DNA of 64,000 nt from Candidatus Poribacteria bacterium (GTDB lineage: Bacteria > Poribacteria > WGA-4E > WGA-3G). Numbering within the stretch: the first letter of the stretch is position 1; the number at the start of each line of letters is the position of its first letter. The stretch lies in assembly GCA_965197475.1 (NCBI GenBank), contig CBDANF010000003.1, positions 1,696,001 through 1,760,000 of the forward strand, written 5' to 3'. The position numbers were made by a program, and so were the translations under genes. This document shows, piece after piece, positions 51,718 to 61,535 of this stretch. Below the pieces are notes generated by a model, which worked only from the letters and a program-made list of their open reading frames with translations, made no database searches and was not told where the DNA came from.

Positions 51718-53685
51718 ATGCCTCGCCGCCCAAAAATCCGTTTCTCTGCTATCTTTGTAGGACTGCTTTTAGTTGGGGGAATTTGTGCAATCACCCCCTA
51801 CAATAACTATTTTATAGAGAATTCAAGAATTGCGGGTAACCACCTACCTGTAGGTTCAATCTTTGGGCTGCTTCTGCTTGTGTTCGTTGTCAATCTACCC
51901 TTACGTCTGTTGACGCGAAGCAGCCGCTTTTCCTTATCATCACTTGAATTAGCAGTTATCTGGATGATGTTGATTGTTGCTGTCGGTATCCCTTCAATGG
52001 GATTGCTGCAATTTCTGCTTCCTTGTCTTGCGGCACTCCGTTATTTCACCACCCCCGAAAACGATTGGGCAGAGACACTCCAACCGCACATCCCAGAATG
52101 GTTAGTCGTCACGGATACGCAAGCTGTCACAGATTTCTATGAAGGACTTTCACCGGGCGGGAGCGTCCCGTGGTCACCTTGGATCAAGCCGCTGCTTATC
52201 TGGGGACTTTTTGTCCTCGTCTTCTATTTTACAACGATTTGCCTCGCCACAATCCTCCGCAAACAGTGGATAGAACGCGAACGATTCTCATTTCCCTTAG
52301 TCCAGATTCCGGTTCAGCTGGCAGCGCAACCCGAAAGTGGAACGCTTCTCAACGCCTTTTTCAAAAATAAATTATTATGGGTAGGCATGGCTTTGCCGGT
52401 GTTAATACACTTTCTCAACGGACTGCACGCTCATTTTCCTACAGTGCCAGAGATCCCATTGATTTATAACATTCACCGCGCTTTTACCGAGAAACCGTGG
52501 CACACAATCGGTTGGTGGCCAGCGATGAACATCGCTATCTACTTTTCGGTTATCGGCGTGGCGGCATTGCTAACGCTTGAAGTGTCGTTTAGCCTCTGGT
52601 TTTTCTTCCTCTTTTTTAAACTGCAATACATCATCATGAATGCCACTGGGGTCGGCATCGGACCTTGGGTGAGTTGTAGCCGTCAAGTAATGGGAGGGTA
52701 TCTGATCTTTGTTCCTGCTGTTTTCTGGGGTGGACGGGAACATATCGCAACGATTTTTAGGAAAACGTTCGGCATGCACAAGAAACAAGCGAGCACATCA
52801 GGAGATAGAGGTTTGATAGACGATTCCGATGAACCGCTGCCGTATCGTTTAGCACTACTCGGATTTTTAGTCGGATTTATTACCCTTGTTGCGTTCCTTG
52901 TGATTGCGGGTATAACCACTTGGGTTGCACTTGTCACACTCTTCTCAATCTTTATCACCTCTGTAGTGTTATCATGGATGGTGGTAAACGGTGGGTTGTT
53001 ACTTGTGCAAGCTCCTTTCTTCCCGTCAGATTACATTAATTTTACACTCGGATCGGAGGCAATGGGGCAAAAAAGTCTCGCCGTTCTTAGTTTTCAACGT
53101 ACTTTTCTGCGAGATTGGGGAGAATTCATGATGCCGAACTTCCTGCACAGTTTTAAGGCAGCCGACGAAGTTCAACTTGTCCGCCGCCGAATCGTGCCGA
53201 TTCTTGGTATTTCAATCGTTGTTGCTATCCTTGTTTCTGTTTATGCCTCGTTGACGCTTGTCTATGACAAAGGCGCGCTATTTTTACAGAATTGGCCCTT
53301 TGTCAATGCCCCGCGTGGCTATTTCAACAAGATGAACAAACTCATCCAATTTCCTGTTGAAACAAAGTGGGATGAAGTATACAGTATGATTGCGGGGGCA
53401 GGTTTTACCGGCTTTATGCTATGGATGCGCCAAAGTTTTGTCTGGTGGTCACTGCATCCGCTCGGATACCTTTTAGGGGCTACCTATCCTTCGTTTCACT
53501 TATGGTCGTCCATTCTCATCGGATGGTTCATTAAATACATTACGCTTAAGTTTGGCGGTCCATTAATGTATCGGCGGATCCGTCCAGCCGCATTTGGCTT
53601 AATTTTTGGTGAATATGTCATGGTAGGTATCTGGATGGTGGTCGGATTTTTCAGTGGCATAGGTTATCATGCCCTACCCCGTTAA
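51718..53685 (+). CDS. Multi-TM DUF6785/DUF6784-type putative transporter
   Basis: FTTPENDW, LRKQWIERERFSFPL, WWSLHPLGY. Confidence 0.75.
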   Translation: MPRRPKIRFSAIFVGLLLVGGICAITPYNNYFIENSRIAGNHLPVGSIFGLLLLVFVVNLPLRLLTRSSRFSLSSLELAVIWMMLIVAVGIPSMGLLQFLLPCLAALRYFTTPENDWAETLQPHIPEWLVVTDTQAVTDFYEGLSPGGSVPWSPWIKPLLIWGLFVLVFYFTTICLATILRKQWIERERFSFPLVQIPVQLAAQPESGTLLNAFFKNKLLWVGMALPVLIHFLNGLHAHFPTVPEIPLIYNIHRAFTEKPWHTIGWWPAMNIAIYFSVIGVAALLTLEVSFSLWFFFLFFKLQYIIMNATGVGIGPWVSCSRQVMGGYLIFVPAVFWGGREHIATIFRKTFGMHKKQASTSGDRGLIDDSDEPLPYRLALLGFLVGFITLVAFLVIAGITTWVALVTLFSIFITSVVLSWMVVNGGLLLVQAPFFPSDYINFTLGSEAMGQKSLAVLSFQRTFLRDWGEFMMPNFLHSFKAADEVQLVRRRIVPILGISIVVAILVSVYASLTLVYDKGALFLQNWPFVNAPRGYFNKMNKLIQFPVETKWDEVYSMIAGAGFTGFMLWMRQSFVWWSLHPLGYLLGATYPSFHLWSSILIGWFIKYITLKFGGPLMYRRIRPAAFGLIFGEYVMVGIWMVVGFFSGIGYHALPR

Positions 53686-53755
53686 TGTATTGTTACCAGA
53701 GAATCATCTTGCGGGAGGGTTCTAAGCCCGATTTGCATTATTTAGGAATAATATC

Positions 53756-54961
53756 ATGCAGACCAACGATAATATTTTAGCGTCACAATGGAAAACACGC
53801 GCTAAAACCCGCCACGCTGTAGCAGGTATCCGCACATGGCACGTCAATCTGAACCCGCGGGCAATGCCGTCACTCGGTTTTGCAAAGGGTGAAATGCCAG
53901 GGCAAACTACACCCAAAAATGCCCATGTTGATTGGCGCGGCCCCTTCGCAGCACAAGCAGGCGCGTTAATCGTAGAAGTTACCACCGATAAAGGATTAAA
54001 GGGATACGGACTCGGCGGCGGTGGACTTGCGGGTGCGATGATTATTGACAAACATCTTCAACACTTCGTCCACGGACGCGACCCACTTGATGTGGAAGAA
54101 ATTTGGGAACATCTCTATCACATTACCTCAATTTATGGACGACGAGGGCTTGTTATTTATGCGCTAAGCGGTATAGAGCTTGCTCTCGTTGACCTATGTG
54201 GTAAGATAGTTGACGCACCTGTCTATAGCCTTTTCACTGACACACCGCGCCTTCAGATTCTCGCGTATGCAACCGGTGCCGATGTCGGTTATTATGCAGA
54301 AAACGGATTCACCGCATGCAAGATTCCCCTCCGAAACGGACTTGCAGAAGGTGAAGATGGCTTCGCTGAAAATCTTGAGATGATACACATCGCACGCGAT
54401 ACTATCGGTATTGATGTGGAACTTATGACAGACATCTACCTACGTTGGGATGTGGACTATACCCTCCGTTTTGCACAGGCAGCAAAAGACGTTAACCTCA
54501 AATGGATTGAAGAACCGATACCACTTGACGATTATGCTGGCATGGCACAGTTAGTGCAAGAGATAGATCCAACGTGGATTGTCTCAGGTGAACACGAATT
54601 TACCCGATACGGATTTCGTGAGTTATTACGATGGAAGGCTGCAGACATGATTCAGCCGGATGTTAGTTGGGCGGGTGGTTTTACAGAATGTCTTCGTATC
54701 GCTCAGGAAGCTGCGGTACTCGGTATCCCGACATGGCTCCATCAAGCAGGCACACCGTGGGGGTTGCATCTTACTGCATGTTTGCCAATGCCGTGCATGG
54801 CGGAGACGTTCGGTCCCTCCCGCAATGGTGTCGAAAATGAACTTTACCGCCGTTTACGTCCTTCCCCTCACGACGGTTTTTTCATGCTCAATGATGCGCC
54901 AGGTTTTGGTGTGGATATTGATGAGGCGTTGCTGGAGGCGTATACAGTTGATCGTATATAG
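53756..54961 (+). CDS. Enolase-superfamily sugar-acid dehydratase (L-rhamnonate dehydratase-like)
   Basis: YGRRGL, ELMTD, WIEEP, GEHEFT, QPDVSWAGG. Confidence 0.85.
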   Translation: MQTNDNILASQWKTRAKTRHAVAGIRTWHVNLNPRAMPSLGFAKGEMPGQTTPKNAHVDWRGPFAAQAGALIVEVTTDKGLKGYGLGGGGLAGAMIIDKHLQHFVHGRDPLDVEEIWEHLYHITSIYGRRGLVIYALSGIELALVDLCGKIVDAPVYSLFTDTPRLQILAYATGADVGYYAENGFTACKIPLRNGLAEGEDGFAENLEMIHIARDTIGIDVELMTDIYLRWDVDYTLRFAQAAKDVNLKWIEEPIPLDDYAGMAQLVQEIDPTWIVSGEHEFTRYGFRELLRWKAADMIQPDVSWAGGFTECLRIAQEAAVLGIPTWLHQAGTPWGLHLTACLPMPCMAETFGPSRNGVENELYRRLRPSPHDGFFMLNDAPGFGVDIDEALLEAYTVDRI

Positions 54962-54984
54962 GTTAAAGAGTGGACATTGCCAGA

Positions 54985-55563
54985 TTAGTTGATCGCGGCA
55001 GATTTAAGGTGCTTCCATCCCTCAATAAGTAAGGAAATACCGCGAATTAGACATGCTACGACAGTGGCTGTGGCGAGTATTAACCCGCCTTGCTTGATGG
55101 TAAGGTTTTCGGGAGCATAAAGGTGCATCCATGCAAGGTAAAGAAAAGTAAGCATTTTCATAGTCCCGTAGACAGCACGACTGATACGAGACCGCATGAG
55201 CGCGTGCGCGAGTCTACTTTTCGGTGGAGTTATGTAGTGTTGCAAGTTGTCTGTTAATATCCCACGTGTCATGACAACGAGGGGAATCCATAAGGGAAGA
55301 TATCCTGCCACAGTGAAGTAAACCCAGAAGACGATCTCGATAATTCTGTCTGCTCCTGTGTCAAGGATTGCGCCGAACTCGGATGTTTCGTTTCGTATGC
55401 GTGCCACAAAACCGTCAACCGCATCCAGCGTGAATATAAGCGCAATTGTTGCAATGCAGGCGATGTCTAAGTAGGGATGTTCTCCAAACATTGCAATGAC
55501 AAAAAAGGTTAAGAAAATGCGACAGAGGGTTATAGTGTTTGCTATCATGCCGGGTTTCGTCAC
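54985..55563 (-). CDS. CDP-alcohol phosphatidyltransferase family protein
   Basis: ANTITLCR; DAVDGFVAR..ETSEFGAILDTGAD; overlaps the upstream gene by 4 bp. Confidence 0.92.
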   Translation of the reverse strand: MTKPGMIANTITLCRIFLTFFVIAMFGEHPYLDIACIATIALIFTLDAVDGFVARIRNETSEFGAILDTGADRIIEIVFWVYFTVAGYLPLWIPLVVMTRGILTDNLQHYITPPKSRLAHALMRSRISRAVYGTMKMLTFLYLAWMHLYAPENLTIKQGGLILATATVVACLIRGISLLIEGWKHLKSAAIN

Positions 55564-57227
55564 TTTTTCGGCACTGCTGTTTCAAGATATTTCTCGTCTG
55601 TTTCTATATCGGGTGGGTATTGAATTTCCCAGAGTTTGATATGTGATGCGGCGAAGTCCGTTTTAGGAAACACGGGTTTAAAGCCTCTGTATCCAAAGGG
55701 GTTTTTATTTAGAAGGGAGTCATGTGGGTCGTCAGGTGTGACAAGGATGTGTGTCGCCTCGTGTGTTTTGAGGTATTCAAGTGCTTCGCGTTCGGTTTTG
55801 GCGTGGTGAACATGTTGATTGTAGAGGTATATCCAGTTCGGTAGATAATGGTCTTGATCGATGAGGGTTTTAACGTCAGCAAGCACGTTGAGTTGGCTAC
55901 CGAACCGCCAATGTGCGGCGACAACACCGTCTTTTAGATTGGTTTTGATCCATGCAAATGTATCGTTGAGTATGCCATGTCCGGGAATAGCGGTGCGCAT
56001 CTGTGTCGCAGCATAAAGTGAGAATCGGGCGTGTCCGCCTATTGGTGCCCAAAAGAGGATGAGGGCGAGTGCGATGGCTGCTGCAATTTTATTGGTTTGT
56101 GTGTTGTTAAGGAAATTTTCGACTGTCTCTGCAAGCATCTTGATGCCGAGTGCAGTAAAGATAAAGACACTACCGTATCTGCCCGTCCAAAAACTAAAAT
56201 AGGTGTTCTTGAGTTCAGAAACGGTGTGCATGAGTGGGGTGTTCATTAAGATTGTTGTTGTCTCAAAGTTTTTGAGTTGTGTGAAAAGGTAACCGAGTCC
56301 GATAGCGAGCATTAAGACTGTCAATCCGAGTGAAAGTTTTCGACTGTGGCTTTTTAACGTCTCTGCTGTCTGAGGGATTGTAATAAGCAACTGCCGTAAT
56401 GCACGGATTACCAAAATCGCTATCGGTGGCACAAGCACAAAGGTAGTCAAGTGTTCAGCAAAGCCCACGCCACTGCGATATGCAGGCGCGATGATGTAAA
56501 GCATAGGCACAAATGAACACACCCAAAGCAGGTAATACCATAAATCTGTTTCGCTTTCTGAAGTAAGAAACCGCCATATCTCTATTGTGTAAATGATGAG
56601 AAGGAATGCACCAAAGCCTTCCCAGGATAGTCCGCCGAGAAGCGTAAAGAAGCCACTAATAAGTGTTAAAACGGTCCGCTTACGTGAGTTTTGCGTTTGC
56701 AACGCGATCAAATAAAAAATGATGGCACTGATAGCGAGTAAAAGACACCAGCAGTCTCTATCACCGAAACCGACGGTGCTGCGCCCAATGGTGCCGGGCA
56801 GCGTTGCAATCAGGATGCCCGTGGTATTCGCCACGAACGCACCGAATGTGCTATAAAGGAAAAAACAGAGAACGCCTAACCCCAGCACAAAACAGACAGT
56901 CGGCATGTAGATACAAACATGATAGAGGGATACGTCTTTGAAAAAAAGATGTGCCACTTTATAGGTATAAGCAAGCATATAAGAATAGAGTGGTAACAAC
57001 AACCCGTTATCTCTACCAATCGGCATCCATCGGTGCATATCGCGGGGAGGTAGTTTTCCCTGTTGGACGATAGTGTTTGCCTGCCAATAGTAGAAGTATC
57101 CATCATTTTCAAGGAACTGTCCATCAGGGAGGGTTTCCGCGCTTTGAATGCGTATCCAAAAGGCGAGAAAGAGAATGCTGCTGAACAGGAGGAGCGAGAC
57201 GAGGTGTTTGAAAAGTGGGGTTTTCAT
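55560..57227 (-). CDS. STT3/AglB/PglB-like GT-C glycosyltransferase with atypical acceptor motif
   Basis: IR..., ENDGYFY, GFGDRD (DxD), TVSE, AAHWRFGSQLNVLA..TLIDQ at the WWDYG position; multi-TM. Confidence 0.75.
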   Translation of the reverse strand: MKTPLFKHLVSLLLFSSILFLAFWIRIQSAETLPDGQFLENDGYFYYWQANTIVQQGKLPPRDMHRWMPIGRDNGLLLPLYSYMLAYTYKVAHLFFKDVSLYHVCIYMPTVCFVLGLGVLCFFLYSTFGAFVANTTGILIATLPGTIGRSTVGFGDRDCWCLLLAISAIIFYLIALQTQNSRKRTVLTLISGFFTLLGGLSWEGFGAFLLIIYTIEIWRFLTSESETDLWYYLLWVCSFVPMLYIIAPAYRSGVGFAEHLTTFVLVPPIAILVIRALRQLLITIPQTAETLKSHSRKLSLGLTVLMLAIGLGYLFTQLKNFETTTILMNTPLMHTVSELKNTYFSFWTGRYGSVFIFTALGIKMLAETVENFLNNTQTNKIAAAIALALILFWAPIGGHARFSLYAATQMRTAIPGHGILNDTFAWIKTNLKDGVVAAHWRFGSQLNVLADVKTLIDQDHYLPNWIYLYNQHVHHAKTEREALEYLKTHEATHILVTPDDPHDSLLNKNPFGYRGFKPVFPKTDFAASHIKLWEIQYPPDIETDEKYLETAVPKK

Positions 57228-57299
57228 AAAAAACTATAAAGAAGGGAACCGGTTGTGACACCAGTTCCCCACTTATGCGTTAATACGCAAGTGTAAGGT

Positions 57300-58730
57300 T
57301 TAACGATATAGATCCGAATGATAGTCGCGAAGAGTTGTCAAACGTTCTCCCGAACAGATACCACGTTGCATGAGATAATTCTGACATTTCGTGAAAAGTT
57401 CACCACAAGGTTCCGTTATCGCCGTGCCATCAGCACGCCTGCCTATGATTATACTACGGATGCACGTATAGGTCGCACACGCAGTGTCTAAAATGCAGAT
57501 CGGATTGATACATGCTGTGGCGGTCGTGGTACAACCACCATTGGGTGGGGGTGTGTTGCATCCACCATTGGGTGGGGGCGTGTTACAGCCGCCGTTTGAA
57601 GGGGGCGTGTTACAGCCGCCGTTTGAAGGGGGCGTGCCGCCGCCGTTCTGACCACCTAACGCAAGATAGTTGCTGGTGCCTTGCCCCATACCAACGCCAC
57701 CACCATCGCCAGATTGTGAGCCGCTGCCATTGGGGTAGTTGTGCAGGTGAATACACTTAAAATAGCCATTAGGATCCGCATCGCAATCGATGGTGGAGCC
57801 GTTGATGGTAAGTGAAGCAGGGCAGGGCCCCGATACCCATTCTTCATGCCCATTCGGTGTGCAAGGTTTAAAATATATCCCACAAGCAATACAAGGGAAA
57901 GCAGGTCTATGTCTCAATTCTTCCGGTTGACAACTCCAATACGGATCACCGCACCCCTTGTAAGTGCCATCGTCCTCTGGACAGGTTTTACAATGATTGT
58001 TTGCTGTTGGCACAATCTCCGTGCAGCTTTCATGTGCACACGTTATAACTGGGGTATCGCTATAGGTGACAGTCCACGACGCATCTATCTGTTTTGTGAT
58101 GGGCGTTCGGGACCCTTCCCGCCAGTCTCCTCCAAATCGGATAGCAACCGGTGTTTTGCTCAGACTCAGTTGAAAGGTTGCATCCTGCTCCGTGAGGATT
58201 GCCGGCTTCGGGACGATGGTAGATGTCACATTCTTTTCGTGCGTGCCGGGATAAAACCTGCTTGTTTCGACAGGCGCATTTATATCGCCAGAACTGTAAC
58301 CGGCTTTGACACGGTAGCACGGGAAGACAACCTTTTGAAACCACTCTACTTCTTTGTTTTCTTCCGTCTGATACCACGGGACATAACCGAAGGTATACCA
58401 TCTTTTGCCCCAGTCACCAACCTTTCGAACGGTAGACGCGCCTTCGCTAAACGTAAATTCAATGTTTCCAAATCCTGTAGCGAAGATACTGGCGTAGTAG
58501 GAGGCATGCGTTGGTGGTTTTTGGGGTTCCCATGAACCTCCCACCAACTCGCCAGATTGATCTACCTTTCGTGTCAAATGATAAGAACTGCCACTTGCAG
58601 GACTTACAGAGTAGTCCGTTCCTGTTGTTATTAAGAACTCAACATCAGCACTCTCTGACACAGGGACTAAGATCAATGGTAGTGCCATTATGAACATAAA
58701 CGTAATTGTAACATAAAAATTAAGTCTCAT
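57300..58730 (-). CDS. Secreted Cys/His-rich protein, array unit 1
   Basis: Signal peptide; CxxC/CxH modules; 4x TPPxNGGC(N/T); conserved tail ending RDYHSDLYR. Confidence 0.8.
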   Translation of the reverse strand: MRLNFYVTITFMFIMALPLILVPVSESADVEFLITTGTDYSVSPASGSSYHLTRKVDQSGELVGGSWEPQKPPTHASYYASIFATGFGNIEFTFSEGASTVRKVGDWGKRWYTFGYVPWYQTEENKEVEWFQKVVFPCYRVKAGYSSGDINAPVETSRFYPGTHEKNVTSTIVPKPAILTEQDATFQLSLSKTPVAIRFGGDWREGSRTPITKQIDASWTVTYSDTPVITCAHESCTEIVPTANNHCKTCPEDDGTYKGCGDPYWSCQPEELRHRPAFPCIACGIYFKPCTPNGHEEWVSGPCPASLTINGSTIDCDADPNGYFKCIHLHNYPNGSGSQSGDGGGVGMGQGTSNYLALGGQNGGGTPPSNGGCNTPPSNGGCNTPPPNGGCNTPPPNGGCTTTATACINPICILDTACATYTCIRSIIIGRRADGTAITEPCGELFTKCQNYLMQRGICSGERLTTLRDYHSDLYR

Positions 58731-58731
58731 T

Positions 58732-59664
58732 CTAATATCCTCCATCAATTATAGGTATTGGGACAGGTCGATCATTCGACTGTTGTAGCGTATGTTCTAA
58801 ACCGAATTTGCGGTAGACTTCTCTTATTGCCTCTTCTCTTTTTCTATCCTTTGCCTCTCTGGAGCTCGGGTCTCCACTATAGAGTCCACCATCTATAAGC
58901 GGCACGGGCCCTTGGGCCGCTGCGATCAGCGTTTCGATTTGTGCTGAGATGCGATTCCATTCAGCAGTATCCCCTCGGCGTTGTGCTTTTGCAAGTTCTG
59001 CTTGGAACGCCTCATGCTGTTCCCACTGTTCGAGGGTGGGGGCGAACCCTACTCCATCTTTATAGAAGATAGTGACGGTATTATCATAGTGTCTTAGTGT
59101 TTCCCCGTTGTGGTTCCGCATGTGCTGCCAGTTTGCACCGATAGGGGGCGGGTCTTCTCCCCATTCTTTACGATACGCCTCTAACCTTTTCCGTTCCTCT
59201 CTATAAGTCTCATAGAAAAGTTGTTTAGTGGCATCATCCATTTTTGAGAACCTCTCAACACATTCTTCTGGCGACATTTCCAAGAAATCCAAAAACTCCT
59301 TTTCAGGATAACTCAGTTTTGAAAATACCTCTTTGAGTTGCTCTGGTGACATTTTCAACCAACTCACAGTTTCTGTCGGCTGTGTTGATTTATCCTTCGG
59401 CACTGTCCGATGCCAATGATCACCATGCCAATATCCTGTTTCCCGAGATTCGCCCGGAGGCGGTGGTCTGACACCAGGCTCAGGCGTGTTTACTTCCTGT
59501 GGTGAACCCTTTGGCTTAGGTCCGTCTTCCAAAAGTTTTTTGGTTGCATCACCTAATACCATTTCCGACTCAGTGTCAGTATCCCGCGGTATCAGTAAGA
59601 ACACACCCGCAATTCCAATCAGTAGCATGAGGATTGCAAGTCCCCATATCATCTGCTTTTTCAT
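58732..59664 (-). CDS. Membrane-anchored HWH-motif protein, unit 1
   Basis: MKKQMIWGLAILMLL.., PPPPG..GYWHGDHWH, WGEDPP. Confidence 0.8.
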   Translation of the reverse strand: MKKQMIWGLAILMLLIGIAGVFLLIPRDTDTESEMVLGDATKKLLEDGPKPKGSPQEVNTPEPGVRPPPPGESRETGYWHGDHWHRTVPKDKSTQPTETVSWLKMSPEQLKEVFSKLSYPEKEFLDFLEMSPEECVERFSKMDDATKQLFYETYREERKRLEAYRKEWGEDPPPIGANWQHMRNHNGETLRHYDNTVTIFYKDGVGFAPTLEQWEQHEAFQAELAKAQRRGDTAEWNRISAQIETLIAAAQGPVPLIDGGLYSGDPSSREAKDRKREEAIREVYRKFGLEHTLQQSNDRPVPIPIIDGGY

Positions 59665-59692
59665 AAGGATTCTCCTTATCTTTCATTTGCCT

Positions 59693-59857
59693 TTATTTCG
59701 CTGCGTCCAGCGTGCAAGGCGGTTTGTTTTGTTCCATACAAGCGGGGATTTCTGCCTGCGTAGCATCAATCATTTTGATTGTGCCAAAGAGCAGTCCGCC
59801 ACCCATAATAACAATAAGTGCCACGGTCAGTCCTATTTTTAAAAATTTCGTTTTCAC
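59693..59857 (-). CDS. Small 1-TM peptide with Cys pair (54 aa)
   Basis: Not in the ORF track. GAAAGGAGG RBS, GTG start, KTKFLKIGLTVALIVIMGGGLLFG..IPACMEQNKPPCTLDAAK. Confidence 0.7.
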   Translation of the reverse strand: MKTKFLKIGLTVALIVIMGGGLLFGTIKMIDATQAEIPACMEQNKPPCTLDAAK

Positions 59858-59963
59858 AAATTATACACCTCCTTTCAAAATTAGTCAAAAAGACCGACCA
59901 AACGATGACAACTGTAAATCAAAACATCAGTATGAAATACCTTTCATAATTAAAGACACAGTT

Positions 59964-60146
59964 TTAGACCGAAAAGGGTGCATACGATATAAAAAAATGA
60001 ATTTTGTCTAAAGATTTGGTAAAACTACCGCTTGCGCTCCTCACTTCGCGAAAGTTTTTCACACTATCCTGTATCCGAAAGCACAGAAAGAGAATGCTGA
60101 TGAGCAATAGGAGCGGGAGGATTTGTTTGAAAAGTGGGGTTTTCAT
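59964..60146 (-). pseudogene. 5' stub of the STT3-like gene (duplication junction)
   Basis: MKTPLFKQILPLLLLISILFLCFRIQ matches the start of 55560..57227, then runs into unrelated sequence. Confidence 0.75.
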
Positions 60147-60157
60147 AATAAACTATA

Positions 60158-60193
60158 AAGTGGGGAACCGGTTGCGACACCGGTTCCCCACTT
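60158..60193 (-). terminator. Hairpin downstream of the Cys-rich gene (copies at 62835-62870 and, weakened, 57244-57269)
   Basis: AAGTGGGGAACCGGT-TGCGAC-ACCGGTTCCCCACTT, a 15-bp stem followed by a T-rich tract on the minus strand. Confidence 0.6.
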
Positions 60194-60218
60194 ATGCGTT
60201 AATACGCAAGTGTAAGGT

Positions 60219-61517
60219 TTAACGATATAGATCCGAATGATAGTCGCGAAGAGTTGTCAAACGTTCTCCCGAACAGATACCACGTTGCATGAGAAGATTC
60301 TGACATTGCGTGAAAAGTTCACCACAAGGTTCCGTTATCGCCGTGCCATCAGCACGCCTGCCTATGATTATACTACGGATGCACGTATAGGTCGCACACG
60401 CAGTGTTTCTAATGCAGATCGGGTTGATGCACGCTGTGGCGATTGTGGTACAGCCACCATTTGCCGGGGGCGTGTTACAGCCGCCGTTTGAAGGGGGCGT
60501 GCCGCCGCCGTTCTGACCACCTAACGCAAGATAGTTGCTGGTGCCTTGCCCCATGCCAACGCCGCCGCCATTGCCTTGTTGTCCACCACCATTACCTTGT
60601 TGACCGCCGCCATTGCCGCTACCACTACCGCTACTTGGGAACTGGTGGATATGCGACGGATCACACCTATAAAAACCTTTTACAGTACAATAAACATTTC
60701 CTCCATCCTGGGTGATGTTAACGGGGCAATTAACTTGCCATGCATGTGCATATGCTTCACTTGGATCAATAATGTGAATGCCGCACTCACCCCGGATTTT
60801 ATCGTTAATCGTGACGGAGTAACTTCCATTGTAAGGATCCGCATTAACGTCACGAGTGATGCCTGCCTCCCATTTCCAATATGTTGACTCCCCAATAACA
60901 AAACTGAGTGATGCGCTTGGCGTTGTACTTGCTTGTGCAGTAAGTGCCTTTTGTTTGCTTTTGTATGTCACAATACTACGTGAACGAGACTGGACAACAC
61001 CAGTAGCTGATACATTGACGGTAGTAGGACTGATTTCCTCGGCAGTCCCAATTTCGTCGGTATTATAAAGCCCGTTCATTTCTTTTATTCTAAAAGAGTA
61101 AACCTCCCTCTCTGCTTTTTTCAGGGGCTCAGAGGCCCAATTGCCAATGGGATAATCCCGTGTCTTTTTCTTAAGGGTAAAAGCAATTTCGCCGTATCCG
61201 GTGGCATTAACCATAATCGTTATGTAGTGAAAGTCTCCAGGTTTGGTAGGTTCCCAATCTTCCTCAAGAATAAGGCTACCAAAATAACTCCCTTGAGCTG
61301 CAAGGGAATAAATCACTCGTTCCCCATGGTAATTTGTTTTATTTCCTGGAGTTGATATAATTACCGGATTAGAGACGTATAATCCGTTAGAATCCATATC
61401 CGAGCGGTCTTCTGCCCAGAGTTCATTACGAATCCAGAAAAAAGAAGCATTTATGTCAATATGAAAAGCAAAAAATGTGAAAAAGATGACGCATATCCAT
61501 AGTCGCTGATTTTTCAT
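60219..61517 (-). CDS. Secreted Cys/His-rich protein, unit 2 (divergent N-terminus)
   Basis: Signal peptide; N-terminal ~290 aa unlike unit 1; same Gly linker and C-terminal tail; 2x NGGC repeat. Confidence 0.8.
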   Translation of the reverse strand: MKNQRLWICVIFFTFFAFHIDINASFFWIRNELWAEDRSDMDSNGLYVSNPVIISTPGNKTNYHGERVIYSLAAQGSYFGSLILEEDWEPTKPGDFHYITIMVNATGYGEIAFTLKKKTRDYPIGNWASEPLKKAEREVYSFRIKEMNGLYNTDEIGTAEEISPTTVNVSATGVVQSRSRSIVTYKSKQKALTAQASTTPSASLSFVIGESTYWKWEAGITRDVNADPYNGSYSVTINDKIRGECGIHIIDPSEAYAHAWQVNCPVNITQDGGNVYCTVKGFYRCDPSHIHQFPSSGSGSGNGGGQQGNGGGQQGNGGGVGMGQGTSNYLALGGQNGGGTPPSNGGCNTPPANGGCTTIATACINPICIRNTACATYTCIRSIIIGRRADGTAITEPCGELFTQCQNLLMQRGICSGERLTTLRDYHSDLYR

Positions 61518-61535
61518 AAGTAGTCTCCTTTTATT

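Larger units (their letters stand above)
59519..60572. repeat. Conserved ~1.05-kb direct repeat, array copy 2
   Basis: Near-identical to 62188-63300; its right part matches 57150-57705. Confidence 0.9.

Noticed and set aside
57520-57640. 27-bp repeats as CRISPR or RiPP core peptides
   Set aside because: Contiguous coding repeats with no spacers; no RiPP maturase or peptidase visible nearby.
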